NCBI GenBank assembly: GCA_030749415.1
Contig: JASMKC010000029.1
Span: 38,827-102,826 of the forward strand
DNA: 64,000 nucleotides
Source of the DNA: Myxococcota bacterium
GTDB lineage: Bacteria; Myxococcota_A; UBA9160; SMWR01
Direction of reading: 5' to 3'
Shown: positions 31,325 through 40,517 of the stretch, one piece after another
Position numbering within the stretch: the first letter of the stretch is position 1
Layout: every line of letters begins with the position of its first letter
Made by a program: the position numbers and the translations under genes
The notes under the pieces: generated by a model
The model's input: only the letters and a program-made list of their open reading frames with translations
What the model was told of the DNA's origin: nothing
Database searches by the model: none

Positions 31325-32059
31325 TCAGCGCTCTTCGGCGATGCGCCAGCGCGTTACCCGCGAGCGCATCCAGCGTACCGCGAAGGTGTCCCTCAGGGCG
31401 ACGAAGACACGGTCCCACATGCCGTACTTCGATGCTCCGTGCACGCGTGGCCGGGTGCCGACCGGAACCTCGACGACACGGTAGCCCTCGAGTCGGATCA
31501 GCGTTGGCAGGAAGCGGTGCATGCCCCGGAAGATCTTCACGCGCTCGATGCATTCCCGGCGGAAGGCGCGGAATGTGCATCCCGCATCTCGAACCGAATC
31601 CCCGGTGAGTGCGTTGCGTACGGCGTTTGCAATCCGGGATTGCAACTGGCGCCAGACGTTGTCGCCCGCGTCGCGCGAAGTTCGCCATCCACAGGCACAG
31701 TCGGCGTCGCCGCGCTGGATCGGGTCCAGCAGTTTCTGGATGTCTTCGGGTGGATTCTGAAGGTCGCAGTCCATCACGACGAGAATTCGTCCCCGCGCCG
31801 AGCGCAGGCCTGCCTCTGTCGCAGCGCTCTCGCCGCAGTTCTCGGCCAAGCGAAGCATGCGGAAACGGCCGGGCTCGCGCTCCGCCTCCTCGCGCGCCCG
31901 GTCCGCGGTGGCGTCCCGGGAGCCATCATCGACGAAGATGACTTCGTAGGAGTCGATCCCTGTCTTGGCGAGCTCGTCGCGCAACTCGCGGGCCAGGAGC
32001 GGAACGTTCTCCTCCTCGTTGTAGGAGGGAACGATCACCGAGATTTCCGGCTCGGCCAC
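31325..32059 (-). CDS. GT2 polyprenyl-phosphate glycosyltransferase (ArnC/DPM1-like)
   Basis: SVIVPSYNEEEN, VDDGSRD, MDCDLQNPP, DAGCTFRAFR, MHRFLP, GASKYG; GTG 32059. Confidence 0.9.
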   Translation of the reverse strand: MAEPEISVIVPSYNEEENVPLLARELRDELAKTGIDSYEVIFVDDGSRDATADRAREEAEREPGRFRMLRLAENCGESAATEAGLRSARGRILVVMDCDLQNPPEDIQKLLDPIQRGDADCACGWRTSRDAGDNVWRQLQSRIANAVRNALTGDSVRDAGCTFRAFRRECIERVKIFRGMHRFLPTLIRLEGYRVVEVPVGTRPRVHGASKYGMWDRVFVALRDTFAVRWMRSRVTRWRIAEER

Positions 32060-32060
32060 G

Positions 32061-33173
32061 TTACGAGCGATTGCCGAGGAAATCCAGCACCGCCGTTGCC
32101 ACCCGCTCGACGTCCTCGTCAGCCAAGGCCGGGAACATGGGAAGGGAGAGGATTCTGTCCGCAGATTCCTCGGTGTGGGGCAGCCGCTGTGCCGGCGCCT
32201 GGAGACGCGTTTGAGTGCCGGGCTGCAGGTGGTTTGGAATGGGGTAGTGCACACCGGTCTGGATGCCGCGGTCTGCCAGGTGCTTTGCCAGCGCATCGCG
32301 TTGGGATGTCTCGATTACGTAGAGGTGACGGACGTGGTGGGAGCCTTCGCGCTCGTGCGGCAGGGTGACTGGTGCGCTGGCCAGTAGCTCTGCATAACGC
32401 GCAGCGATGCGGCGACGAGCTTCGTTGCGCGCGTCGAGTCGGGACAAGAACACGCGTCCCACCGCAGCCTGAAGGTCGCTGAAACGCAGGTTCCAGCCGA
32501 CGATCTCGTGTGTGTGTTTGTCCCGGCGGCCATGGTTGCGCAGCATGCGAACCTTCTCTGCCAGCTTGGATTGGTTCGTGAGGAAGGCGCCGCCGTCACC
32601 GAGAACCGGGAGGTTCTTCGAGGCGTAGAAGGACAGAACGGAAGCGTCTCCGATAGCACCGACCTTGCGCTCGCCGTCGCGTGCTCCGGGTGCCTGGGCG
32701 CAGTCCTCGAGGATCGGAAGCCCGTGGCTCTTGGAGAGCGCCAGGAGGGCGTCCATATCGCAGGCCTGCCCGTAGAGATGCACCGGCAAGATCACCCGGC
32801 TGCGCGGCGTGATCGCCCGTTCGAGTGCATCGGGCGCGACGGTGTGGGTCTCGTCGGTATCGATGAAGACCGGTGTCGCGCCGACGTGGAAGATCGGCTC
32901 CACGGTGGGGAATGCCGTGTGTGAGGGCACCAGGACTTCGTCTCCCGGCCCGACATCGAGGGCCAGCAGCGCCAGCATCAGGCCCGAGGTGGCGTTTGCG
33001 ACCAGCAAGCAATGCTCGACTCCGAAATAGGCCGCCAGTTCTTCCTCGAAGGCGCGGCACTCGGGACCGAGGATGTACTGGCCGGAATCGACCGCGGTGG
33101 AGATGCGTTCACGGATCTCGGCGTCGATCTCGATGCGGGAGAGCGGGATGGGACGCCGGTCTGTCTCGCTCAC
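32061..33173 (-). CDS. DegT/DnrJ/EryC1/StrS PLP-dependent sugar aminotransferase
   Basis: YILGP, PVHLYGQ, EDCAQA, SFYASKNL..GDGG, GVHYP, LSLPMFP; GTG 33173. Confidence 0.93.
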   Translation of the reverse strand: MSETDRRPIPLSRIEIDAEIRERISTAVDSGQYILGPECRAFEEELAAYFGVEHCLLVANATSGLMLALLALDVGPGDEVLVPSHTAFPTVEPIFHVGATPVFIDTDETHTVAPDALERAITPRSRVILPVHLYGQACDMDALLALSKSHGLPILEDCAQAPGARDGERKVGAIGDASVLSFYASKNLPVLGDGGAFLTNQSKLAEKVRMLRNHGRRDKHTHEIVGWNLRFSDLQAAVGRVFLSRLDARNEARRRIAARYAELLASAPVTLPHEREGSHHVRHLYVIETSQRDALAKHLADRGIQTGVHYPIPNHLQPGTQTRLQAPAQRLPHTEESADRILSLPMFPALADEDVERVATAVLDFLGNRS

Positions 33174-34162
33174 GAGTCTTCTCCGCGCGCCGGTGTGGGC
33201 AGCTTGACCTCGACACGCCGCCCGTCGGTGGCCGCGCGATTGCACGCCTCGACCGCGGCCACGGCAGCGGCCCCATCGAAGCCGCTTGCGGCGATCTCCG
33301 ACGGGGTGCGTGTGCGGCAGGCATCGACGAAGGCATCGAGCTGGTCGAGGAGCGGTTCGTCGTTTCCCGTGGGATGCGATTCGCGATTGCGGTCGGGTGC
33401 CTGCCACGCGCCGGTGTCGTCACGTACATGACCCCCGCGATAGACGTGCAACTTGTCTCCCTCGGCGAGGAAGTCGCAGGTGAGAGCGCCCCTCGGGCCC
33501 ATCACGGTGAAGTTGCGCCGCGGTTCGGGTAGATGGTAGCCCGCCTCGATCTGCACGAGAGTGTCACCGTAATCGAGGGTCAGCAGCGCAACGTCATCGA
33601 GACCGCGGCCGAGCGTGTCGCGCAGCGTCGCCTGCACCGCGCGGGGCTGTGCACCGAGCAGCCACGATGCCAGGTCGATCCAGTGAATGCCGTCGGAGAT
33701 GGCCGCGCCGCCGTCGGCGCGCGGGCGCTTGAAGCCGCCGAATTGGCCGCTTGCGTAGGTTGGGAGCCCGATGTGCCCGGCCTCGAGGAGACGCTTGAGC
33801 CCACCGGCCTCGGGCGAAAAGCGGAAGACGTGCCCCACCTGCAGGATGGCGTTGCGTTCTCGCGCCAACGCGTCGAGTTCGAATGCCTCGTCCGCACGCG
33901 GCGTGAGGGGCTTTTCCACGAAGACATCCTTGCCCGCCTCGATCGCCTGACGCACAAGTGCGGCGTGGGTCGAACTCGGCGTTACGACATCGACTGCGTC
34001 GACACTGCCGAGGGCAGCGTCGATCGAGGCAGCGGTGGGCACATCGAACGGGGCACAGGCGGCCGGATCGAGGTCGAATAGGCAGAGGTTTGCCCCAAGA
34101 CGTTGCCAGCTGCGGACATGGTTTCGCCCCCAGCGACCGGCGCCGATCTGCAGAACTCGCAT
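33170..34162 (-). CDS. Gfo/Idh/MocA family oxidoreductase
   Basis: MRVLQIGAGRWGRNH, VFVEKP, QVGHVFRF, DGIHWID; ATG 34162. Confidence 0.92.
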   Translation of the reverse strand: MRVLQIGAGRWGRNHVRSWQRLGANLCLFDLDPAACAPFDVPTAASIDAALGSVDAVDVVTPSSTHAALVRQAIEAGKDVFVEKPLTPRADEAFELDALARERNAILQVGHVFRFSPEAGGLKRLLEAGHIGLPTYASGQFGGFKRPRADGGAAISDGIHWIDLASWLLGAQPRAVQATLRDTLGRGLDDVALLTLDYGDTLVQIEAGYHLPEPRRNFTVMGPRGALTCDFLAEGDKLHVYRGGHVRDDTGAWQAPDRNRESHPTGNDEPLLDQLDAFVDACRTRTPSEIAASGFDGAAAVAAVEACNRAATDGRRVEVKLPTPARGEDS

Positions 34163-34242
34163 GGTGGTGGAACCCCCTCGTCGTGCTCTGGGGACGGGCG
34201 AGGTGCTACCAGAAGCATTCCCGGTCGGCAAGTTGCGCTGGC

Positions 34243-34863
34243 TCAAGCCCGCGCGCGGTACAGGATCATGAGGTTGCGGATCTGTACGAAGGGCCCCAGG
34301 GCCAGTCCTGCGATCCAGATCGGGTCCCCGAGGTGGATCGCGTAGGTAAGCAGCAGGCCGTTGCCCGTAAGGCTGATCCACCAGAAGGCCTCGGGGAGGT
34401 GGCTGCGCGCCTCGCGTTCGCTGAGCATCCACTGGACGACGAAACGCGAGCTCCAGAGCGCCTGGCCGGCTCCACCCGTTACCAGCCACGGCAGCGTGTT
34501 GCCGTGGTCCGGCCGCAGGGTTGCCAGTCCGAGTGTCGCGAGCAGGGCCCAGGCTGCGAGGGCCGTCAGTGTCACGGCCAGCGGACGCAGCGCACTCCCG
34601 GGGCTGTGGAAGATCCAGAGATTGCGGATGTAGATCGCCAGCGTCACGAGGTAACCGGCCAGAAAGATGGGCTCGCGCCGCTCCAGGCTGTAGCCGATCA
34701 TCAGGCTTGCGCCGGCCAGCGATATCCACCAGAACGCCTGGGGTGTCGCGGTCTTGCCCGCGCGCTCGGAAGCGATCCACTGGATCAGGAAGCGGATGAA
34801 GAAACAGCTGATGCCAATCCAGCCGACCCAATCCCAACCGCTGTCGAACCAGGTTGCGCTCAC
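34243..34863 (-). CDS. LAB_N (lipid-A-disaccharide synthase N-terminal domain) membrane protein, two repeats
   Basis: Twice RF..QW..SER.....P..FWWISL.G..L...Y; YIRNL/QIRNL; GTG 34863 (alternative ATG 34902). Confidence 0.85.
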   Translation of the reverse strand: MSATWFDSGWDWVGWIGISCFFIRFLIQWIASERAGKTATPQAFWWISLAGASLMIGYSLERREPIFLAGYLVTLAIYIRNLWIFHSPGSALRPLAVTLTALAAWALLATLGLATLRPDHGNTLPWLVTGGAGQALWSSRFVVQWMLSEREARSHLPEAFWWISLTGNGLLLTYAIHLGDPIWIAGLALGPFVQIRNLMILYRARA

Positions 34864-34920
34864 CCACCGGTCCTTGCAGCTAGGGTAGGTAGCATGTTTC
34901 ATTCCTGGCAGTCGGTAACC

Positions 34921-37248
34921 GTGAACGGGAAACAGCGGGCAGTAATCGGGGTCTGGTTTCATTTCGCGGCCGTTCTTGCTGCGCTGCTGCTGGCACCGTG
35001 GACCTTCCGGGTGCTTCTGCTGACCGGGGAAATCGGTGGGGTGCCCGCGGCGATCGACCTGCGCGGTTTCGTCTCGGATCTGGCGGTGGCGCTCCTGTTC
35101 GCGAGCGTCGTCGTTGCGCTCGGTTGCGTCGCTCGCCTGCTCGGGGCGCTCCTCGTCGCAGCATTCACCCTGCTTCATTACGCGAACTACGAGACCGTGG
35201 TGGCCCTCGGAGCGGTGGCGTCGCTGCTGGACGTGCGGTTCCTGGCCGATCAGACCTTTCTCCGCGGTTCGGTTGCCGCTGTCTCTCACCCGTGGCTCCT
35301 GATGGCGGCATGTGCGGGCTCCTTCGGACTCGCGTGGTGGGGGCTCCGGGGGCTCTCGCTGGGTGCCGCACTCGGTGCGTTCGCCGCTTGCGCAGTTGCC
35401 GGCATCGGCCTGGTGCTGTGGCCGCAGGACGATCGCGTCGAGACGTGGCGGCAGGTGAACGCCCTCGAGCACAACGCGGTCTGGCTGTCCTGGCGCAGCT
35501 TGGGATCGGAGGGCGGCTTCGCCGATCCGCCCAAGGCGATGCTCGAACTGCTTCCCGAGATCGCCGCTGACCTCGATGCCCCAGCGCGCTTCGAGTACCA
35601 GGGCCGGGGCCGCAACGTGCTGCTCATCGTCGTCGAGGGTGTGTCCGGCGCCTATCTGGACGGCCCCGCGCGTGCGCAGGGACGCACGGCGGTCCATCCC
35701 ATGCCGCGCCTCGAGTCCCACGCTGCCGGCGGCGTGCGTTTTGACAGCTTCGTCACGCACCAGCGCAAGACGAACCGGGGAACCTACGCGCTGCTATGCG
35801 GTGAGTTGCCCGGTCTGGTGGCGGGGACGGCGAAGATGACGGTATCCGTGCATCGCCGTTGGCAGACCTGTCTGCCCGAGATCCTGCGCGAGGCCGGCTA
35901 CCGCACCGCCTATCTCCAGGCCGCGCCGCTCGCTTTCATGCTGAAGGACCGTTTCATGCCGGAGATCGGATTCGAGGACGTGAACGGTCACGACTGGTTC
36001 GGTGAGGCGAATGCGCGCAGCGAGTGGGGCGTCGACGACCGCGCCTTCTTTTCCCAGGCCCTGCAGAAGGTCACCGCCCTGCAACGCTCCGGGGATCCCT
36101 GGTTTCTGACGCTCCTGACCGTCGGCACCCACCATCCGTACGTCGTTCCGGAGAGCTATCGCCACCCCGGCGACGCGCGTGCACGTGCCTTCGCATATCT
36201 CGACCGCGGGCTCGACGAATTCCTGGTGGCTCTCGATGAACTCGGCATTCGAGACGACACGCTGGTCCTCATTGTCTCCGATGAATCACAGGGCGACCGC
36301 AAGAGCGGGGCGAGCGCAGTCACGCGCCGGCTCAGCCAGAACTGGGGTGTGCTGGTGGCGCTGTTGCCCGAGCGCGTCGCAGAGGCTGTGGTCGAACCGT
36401 ACGGGCAGATCGACGTGGCGCTTTCGATTCTCGATTACCTGGGGCTTGCCGATCGCGGTGAGCACCTGTTTGGGCGCAGCCTCTTCCGCCGTTACGAAAG
36501 TGGCCGTCACATGTTTTTCGGCAATGTGAACCGGGGGGAAGTGGGTGGGATCGATCCGGAGGGCCGGCTCGTCGTCTGTGCCCACGATGGGCGGATCTGC
36601 AAGGGCTACGATGTGCGCGACGGCCGGCTCTTCAAGGCCAAGCTCCGGCGCGAGACCCCCGACAGCGCCCTGGTGGCGCTGGTGCGCGGGATGGCCCAGC
36701 GAAGCCGCCCGCCGTCTCGGGACCTTCTCGAGCTGCCCCTGATCACGAACCCATTCTTCGATCTCACCGGGCGCGGCTGGCAGATCATCGCCGGCGGCCA
36801 GCACGTTTCCCTGATGGAAGACGATATATGGCTCGACGTCGAACTCGTCGTCGAGGCGCGCGGAGCGGGGCGCGCTGAATTCCAGCATCTCGTGAGGCTC
36901 CAGGGAGTGAAGGACCTGCGCGATGTCGCGCTGGCAGCGGCGCGCATTCGCGGCGGGGAGACGCTTCGCATGCGCTACACGTTTGCGGCCGATGCCCCTC
37001 TGCGGCAGGTGGGCCTGCGCACTCGAGCGCGGCTGCTTTCGCGCGAGGGCGTGAGGCTCGTGTTTCTGCGACGGCGGCTCTTTCTGCGCCAAGGAGACGG
37101 CGCGCCACCTGCAGGCGCTCGTTTCAGCCGATTCGAACTCGATCCGGCGAACGCCGAGAGCCGGGAGCGGCTGAGTCTCGCTGTTGCAGAGCCGAAGTCT
37201 TACGAAGGCCTCGTGATGGACAAGGACGTGGCGGCGGAGGAACGCTAG
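34921..37248 (+). CDS. LTA synthase-like / sulfatase-fold membrane protein, paralogue 2
   Basis: NVLLIVVEG, RKTNRGTYALLCG, WGVDD, LTVGTHHPY, VSDES; same architecture as 20041-22368; start approximate. Confidence 0.82.
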   Translation: MNGKQRAVIGVWFHFAAVLAALLLAPWTFRVLLLTGEIGGVPAAIDLRGFVSDLAVALLFASVVVALGCVARLLGALLVAAFTLLHYANYETVVALGAVASLLDVRFLADQTFLRGSVAAVSHPWLLMAACAGSFGLAWWGLRGLSLGAALGAFAACAVAGIGLVLWPQDDRVETWRQVNALEHNAVWLSWRSLGSEGGFADPPKAMLELLPEIAADLDAPARFEYQGRGRNVLLIVVEGVSGAYLDGPARAQGRTAVHPMPRLESHAAGGVRFDSFVTHQRKTNRGTYALLCGELPGLVAGTAKMTVSVHRRWQTCLPEILREAGYRTAYLQAAPLAFMLKDRFMPEIGFEDVNGHDWFGEANARSEWGVDDRAFFSQALQKVTALQRSGDPWFLTLLTVGTHHPYVVPESYRHPGDARARAFAYLDRGLDEFLVALDELGIRDDTLVLIVSDESQGDRKSGASAVTRRLSQNWGVLVALLPERVAEAVVEPYGQIDVALSILDYLGLADRGEHLFGRSLFRRYESGRHMFFGNVNRGEVGGIDPEGRLVVCAHDGRICKGYDVRDGRLFKAKLRRETPDSALVALVRGMAQRSRPPSRDLLELPLITNPFFDLTGRGWQIIAGGQHVSLMEDDIWLDVELVVEARGAGRAEFQHLVRLQGVKDLRDVALAAARIRGGETLRMRYTFAADAPLRQVGLRTRARLLSREGVRLVFLRRRLFLRQGDGAPPAGARFSRFELDPANAESRERLSLAVAEPKSYEGLVMDKDVAAEER

Positions 37249-38267
37249 GCACCCAGCACGAGTTCCGCGGCTGTTCTCAGCTGCTCCTTGTCGTGGCTCC
37301 CGATCAAAAGCGAGGTGACGGGGGTCTCGCGCCAGGCCTCGAGTCGGTCGCGAATGCGCTCCGGGGGGCCCACCAGGGAGATCTCGTCGGCGAATTGCTC
37401 GGGGACGGCGGCGATGGCCTCTTCGCGCTTGCCCTCCAGGAAGAGTTCCTGGATTTTCTCCGCCTCGGCCTCGAAGCCCATGCGGCCCAGCAGCTCCTTG
37501 TGGAAGTTGCGCCGCTTGGCCCCCATGCCGCCGATGTAGAAGCCGAGCATCGCCTTGATTGGCACGAGGCCCGCGGCAACGTCGTCGGTGACGTTGATGG
37601 CGATGGTCGTCGCGATTTCGAAGCCGGGCTTCGCGTGTTTCAGCGAGTCGGCGTAGACCTCGGGGCGGTAGGGCGAGTAGTAGAGTGGGAGCCAGCCGTC
37701 GCAGATCTCGGCCGCCAGGGCGACGTTCTTCGGGCCCTCCGCGCCCAGGAAGATCGGCACCTCCGGGCGCAGCGGGTGCGTGATCGAACGCAATGGCTTG
37801 CCGAGGCCCCACGCGTTTTCACCCGTGTAGGGAAGCGGGTAGTGCGGACCATCGTTGCGGACCGGGGCGTCGCGGCGCAACACCTGGCGGATGACGTCGA
37901 CGTATTCGCGCGTGCGAGCGAGCGGTTTGCCGAAGGGCTGTCCGTACCAGCCCTCGACGACCTGCGGGCCCGAGACGCCGAGGCCGAGCATCACGCGGCC
38001 CTTCGACAGGTGGTCCACGGTGAGGGTCGCCATCGCCGCCGCCGTCGGGGTGCGGGCCGACAGTTGGACTACCGCCGTTCCCAGGCGGACTTTCGAGGTG
38101 TGGGCGGCGATCCACGCCAGCGGCGTGAATGCGTCCGAGCCCCAGGCCTCCGCCGTCCAGATCGAGTCGTATCCGAGGCTCTCCGCTTCCGCCGCGATGC
38201 CGGCGAGATCCGGCGGCGGCTGCGCCTGCCAGTAGCCGAGTTGTAGTCCGAGCTTCAAGTCTTTCAT
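37245..38267 (-). CDS. LLM class (probably F420-dependent) oxidoreductase
   Basis: AEAWGSDAFTPL, GLGVSGPQVVEGWYG, GAEGPKNV; ATG 38267. Confidence 0.9.
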   Translation of the reverse strand: MKDLKLGLQLGYWQAQPPPDLAGIAAEAESLGYDSIWTAEAWGSDAFTPLAWIAAHTSKVRLGTAVVQLSARTPTAAAMATLTVDHLSKGRVMLGLGVSGPQVVEGWYGQPFGKPLARTREYVDVIRQVLRRDAPVRNDGPHYPLPYTGENAWGLGKPLRSITHPLRPEVPIFLGAEGPKNVALAAEICDGWLPLYYSPYRPEVYADSLKHAKPGFEIATTIAINVTDDVAAGLVPIKAMLGFYIGGMGAKRRNFHKELLGRMGFEAEAEKIQELFLEGKREEAIAAVPEQFADEISLVGPPERIRDRLEAWRETPVTSLLIGSHDKEQLRTAAELVLGA

Positions 38268-38321
38268 GGCCGTATGATAAAGCCCTGCGGCGAGGACGCA
38301 CACGAGCAGAGGGAGCACGAG

Positions 38322-39131
38322 ATGGAACGGGTTTTGCGCGAGGGTGCTTTCGAGGGAGAGACCCACGTCGTGACCGGGGCGGGGCAGGGGATCGGTCGCT
38401 GCGTCGCCGAGGCGCTGGCGGTGCACGGTGCCCAGGTGGTGCTGGTGGACATCGACCCCGCCCGCCTCGATGAGGCCCGCATGGAGATCAAGGCTGCCGG
38501 CGGGCCGGAGCCGGTCGTGGTCGCCGCCAACGTCGCCGAGGAGGACGAGGTTCGGAGAGCAGTCGCCAGGGCGCTCGAGGTCAGCGACTGCATCAACGGC
38601 GTGGTCAACGTGGCTGGCATCACGCGGGACGCCAGAATCGCCAAGAAGGATTTCGACGAGTTCCGTGCGGTGCTCGCCGTCCACTTGCACGGGACGTTTC
38701 TCTTCACCCGGGAAGTGGCCGCACAGCACTGGCATCCGCTGTTCAAGGCGAACGGAAACCAGCCGCTCGCGGATGGTGTCAACCGTTTCATCGTGAACTT
38801 CTCATCGGTGAGTGCGCGCAACGGAAATGTGGGTCAGATCGACTATACGGCGGCGAAGGGCGCGATCGAGGCGATGACGCGCACAACGGCCCGCGAGTTC
38901 GCGTCCTACGGCGTCCGAGCCAACGCCATTGCTCCCGGCCCCGTCGACACGACGATGCTTGCCAAGGTTCCCGATGAGGGACGCCGCGCCATGGAGCGCG
39001 CGACGCTGGTGGGACGCATCGCACAGCCCGAGGAGATCGGGGCGACCATCTGCGCGATCGCGGACCCGAAGCTCTTCGGGTACACGACCGGCCAGGTCTT
39101 CGCCGCCAACGGCGGCATGTATCTCGACTGA
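38322..39131 (+). CDS. SDR family oxidoreductase (FabG-like)
   Basis: TGAGQGIG, NVAGITRD, GNVGQIDYTAAK; ATG 38322. Confidence 0.92.
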   Translation: MERVLREGAFEGETHVVTGAGQGIGRCVAEALAVHGAQVVLVDIDPARLDEARMEIKAAGGPEPVVVAANVAEEDEVRRAVARALEVSDCINGVVNVAGITRDARIAKKDFDEFRAVLAVHLHGTFLFTREVAAQHWHPLFKANGNQPLADGVNRFIVNFSSVSARNGNVGQIDYTAAKGAIEAMTRTTAREFASYGVRANAIAPGPVDTTMLAKVPDEGRRAMERATLVGRIAQPEEIGATICAIADPKLFGYTTGQVFAANGGMYLD

Positions 39132-39143
39132 GTCGCCCGCGCG

Positions 39144-39764
39144 ATGGAACTGCTCCTCGTCCGTCACGCGTTGCCGCTGCGCTTGTCCACCACGGACGGG
39201 AGTCCTGCGGACCCGCCCCTCTCTGAGGAGGGGCGCGAGCAGGCGCGGCGGCTGGCGCGCTGGCTCGAGAGGGAACCTCTGGACGCACTCTACTCGAGCC
39301 CGCTGCGCCGCGCGCTCGAGACGGCCGAGCCCCTGGCGCAGGTGCGAGGGCTCGAGACCCGGATCGAGCCGGGCGTCGCGGAGTTCGACGCCGAGGCCCC
39401 GCACTACGTGCCGCTGGAGGAACTCAAGGCCACGGATTACGAGAGCTGGAGAGCGCTGGTGGCGAGTGGCTTCTATCTCGAGGGCGATGCCGAGAGCTTC
39501 CGGGCCACGGTGGTCGGGGCGCTCGAGGGGGTCATCGCGGCCAACCCGGGAATGCGTGTCGCCGTCGTCTGCCACGGAGGAGTCATCAACGCCTGGGCCT
39601 CTCATATCCTGGGCACGCAGCGGCTCTTCCTATTCGAGCCGGTCTACACCGGCGTGAGCCGCTTCCTGGCCGCAAGTTCGGGCGAGCGCAGCGTCGTCAG
39701 CCTGAACGAGACGGCGCAGTGGCCCGGCGACGCGGGGCCGCCGCCCGGCCTGCCGGGCACCTGA
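39144..39764 (+). CDS. histidine phosphatase family protein
   Basis: LLVRHA, SSPLRRALETA, VCHGGVI. Confidence 0.9.
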   Translation: MELLLVRHALPLRLSTTDGSPADPPLSEEGREQARRLARWLEREPLDALYSSPLRRALETAEPLAQVRGLETRIEPGVAEFDAEAPHYVPLEELKATDYESWRALVASGFYLEGDAESFRATVVGALEGVIAANPGMRVAVVCHGGVINAWASHILGTQRLFLFEPVYTGVSRFLAASSGERSVVSLNETAQWPGDAGPPPGLPGT

Positions 39765-39770
39765 AGCGTT

Positions 39771-40433
39771 TCAGACGCCGTCGGTCGGGTCGGGCTCGGA
39801 GCTCGGGGTCCGGGGCGTCATCATCAGCCGGGCGAGCTTGCGAAAGAAGTGGGTCTGGCGCTCGAGGGCGTCGGGCGAGAGCGGGTCTTCGCCCCGCACC
39901 TCTGCGAGCAGGGGTGCCAGGGCGAAGTGTCCGAAAACCATGTGGAGCCAGGCCGAGATTACGAGGGCCTGCTCGCCTTCTCCCCAGGGATTGATCGGAT
40001 CCCGTCTCAGCGCGGAAATGCCCTGCTCGAAGAGCGGCCGGATCCACTCCCGCGAGATGTGCTGAAGGCGCTCGGCGCCGCTGGCCGCCTCGTGGTGGAG
40101 CAGGCGGGGGACGTGCGGCGTGCGCGCCAGGCGCGCCATGATGGCACCCACCATCTCGTCGGCGGCGGGTAGGCTCTGGTCCCGGCTCGCGAAGTCTCGA
40201 AGGATCTCGAGCAGCGGGGTGAGAGCACGGGCGAGCACCGCCTCGTAGAGCGCCTCTTTGCTGCGGAAATGGTTGTACAGGCTCGCCGGAGTGAGATCGG
40301 AGACCTCCGCGATCTCGCGCATGCCGGCACCGGCGAAGCCGCGCTCGGCGAAAAGCGCCTCGGCGGCGTCGAGGATCGCTTCACGGGTAGCGGCCGAGTC
40401 GATCGAGCGGCGGCGGCTTGCGGTCGTGGGCAT
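39771..40433 (-). CDS. TetR/AcrR family transcriptional regulator
   Basis: TREAILDAAEALFAERGF..SLYNHFRSKEAL. Confidence 0.92.
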   Translation of the reverse strand: MPTTASRRRSIDSAATREAILDAAEALFAERGFAGAGMREIAEVSDLTPASLYNHFRSKEALYEAVLARALTPLLEILRDFASRDQSLPAADEMVGAIMARLARTPHVPRLLHHEAASGAERLQHISREWIRPLFEQGISALRRDPINPWGEGEQALVISAWLHMVFGHFALAPLLAEVRGEDPLSPDALERQTHFFRKLARLMMTPRTPSSEPDPTDGV

Positions 40434-40517
40434 GTGTCTCCCCGAGGCCGGCCGATGCCGGTGAACGTTGGTTCGTAAACCCGAACCGGGCGGACTGTCA
40501 AGGGAATCCGGTGGAGT

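Noticed and set aside
33958-34920. Long N-terminal extensions in the ORF track (1096-aa ORF; also 5652, 12757, 54693, 50303 starts)
   Set aside because: They overlap other well-supported genes; homology-like sequence begins at downstream starts.
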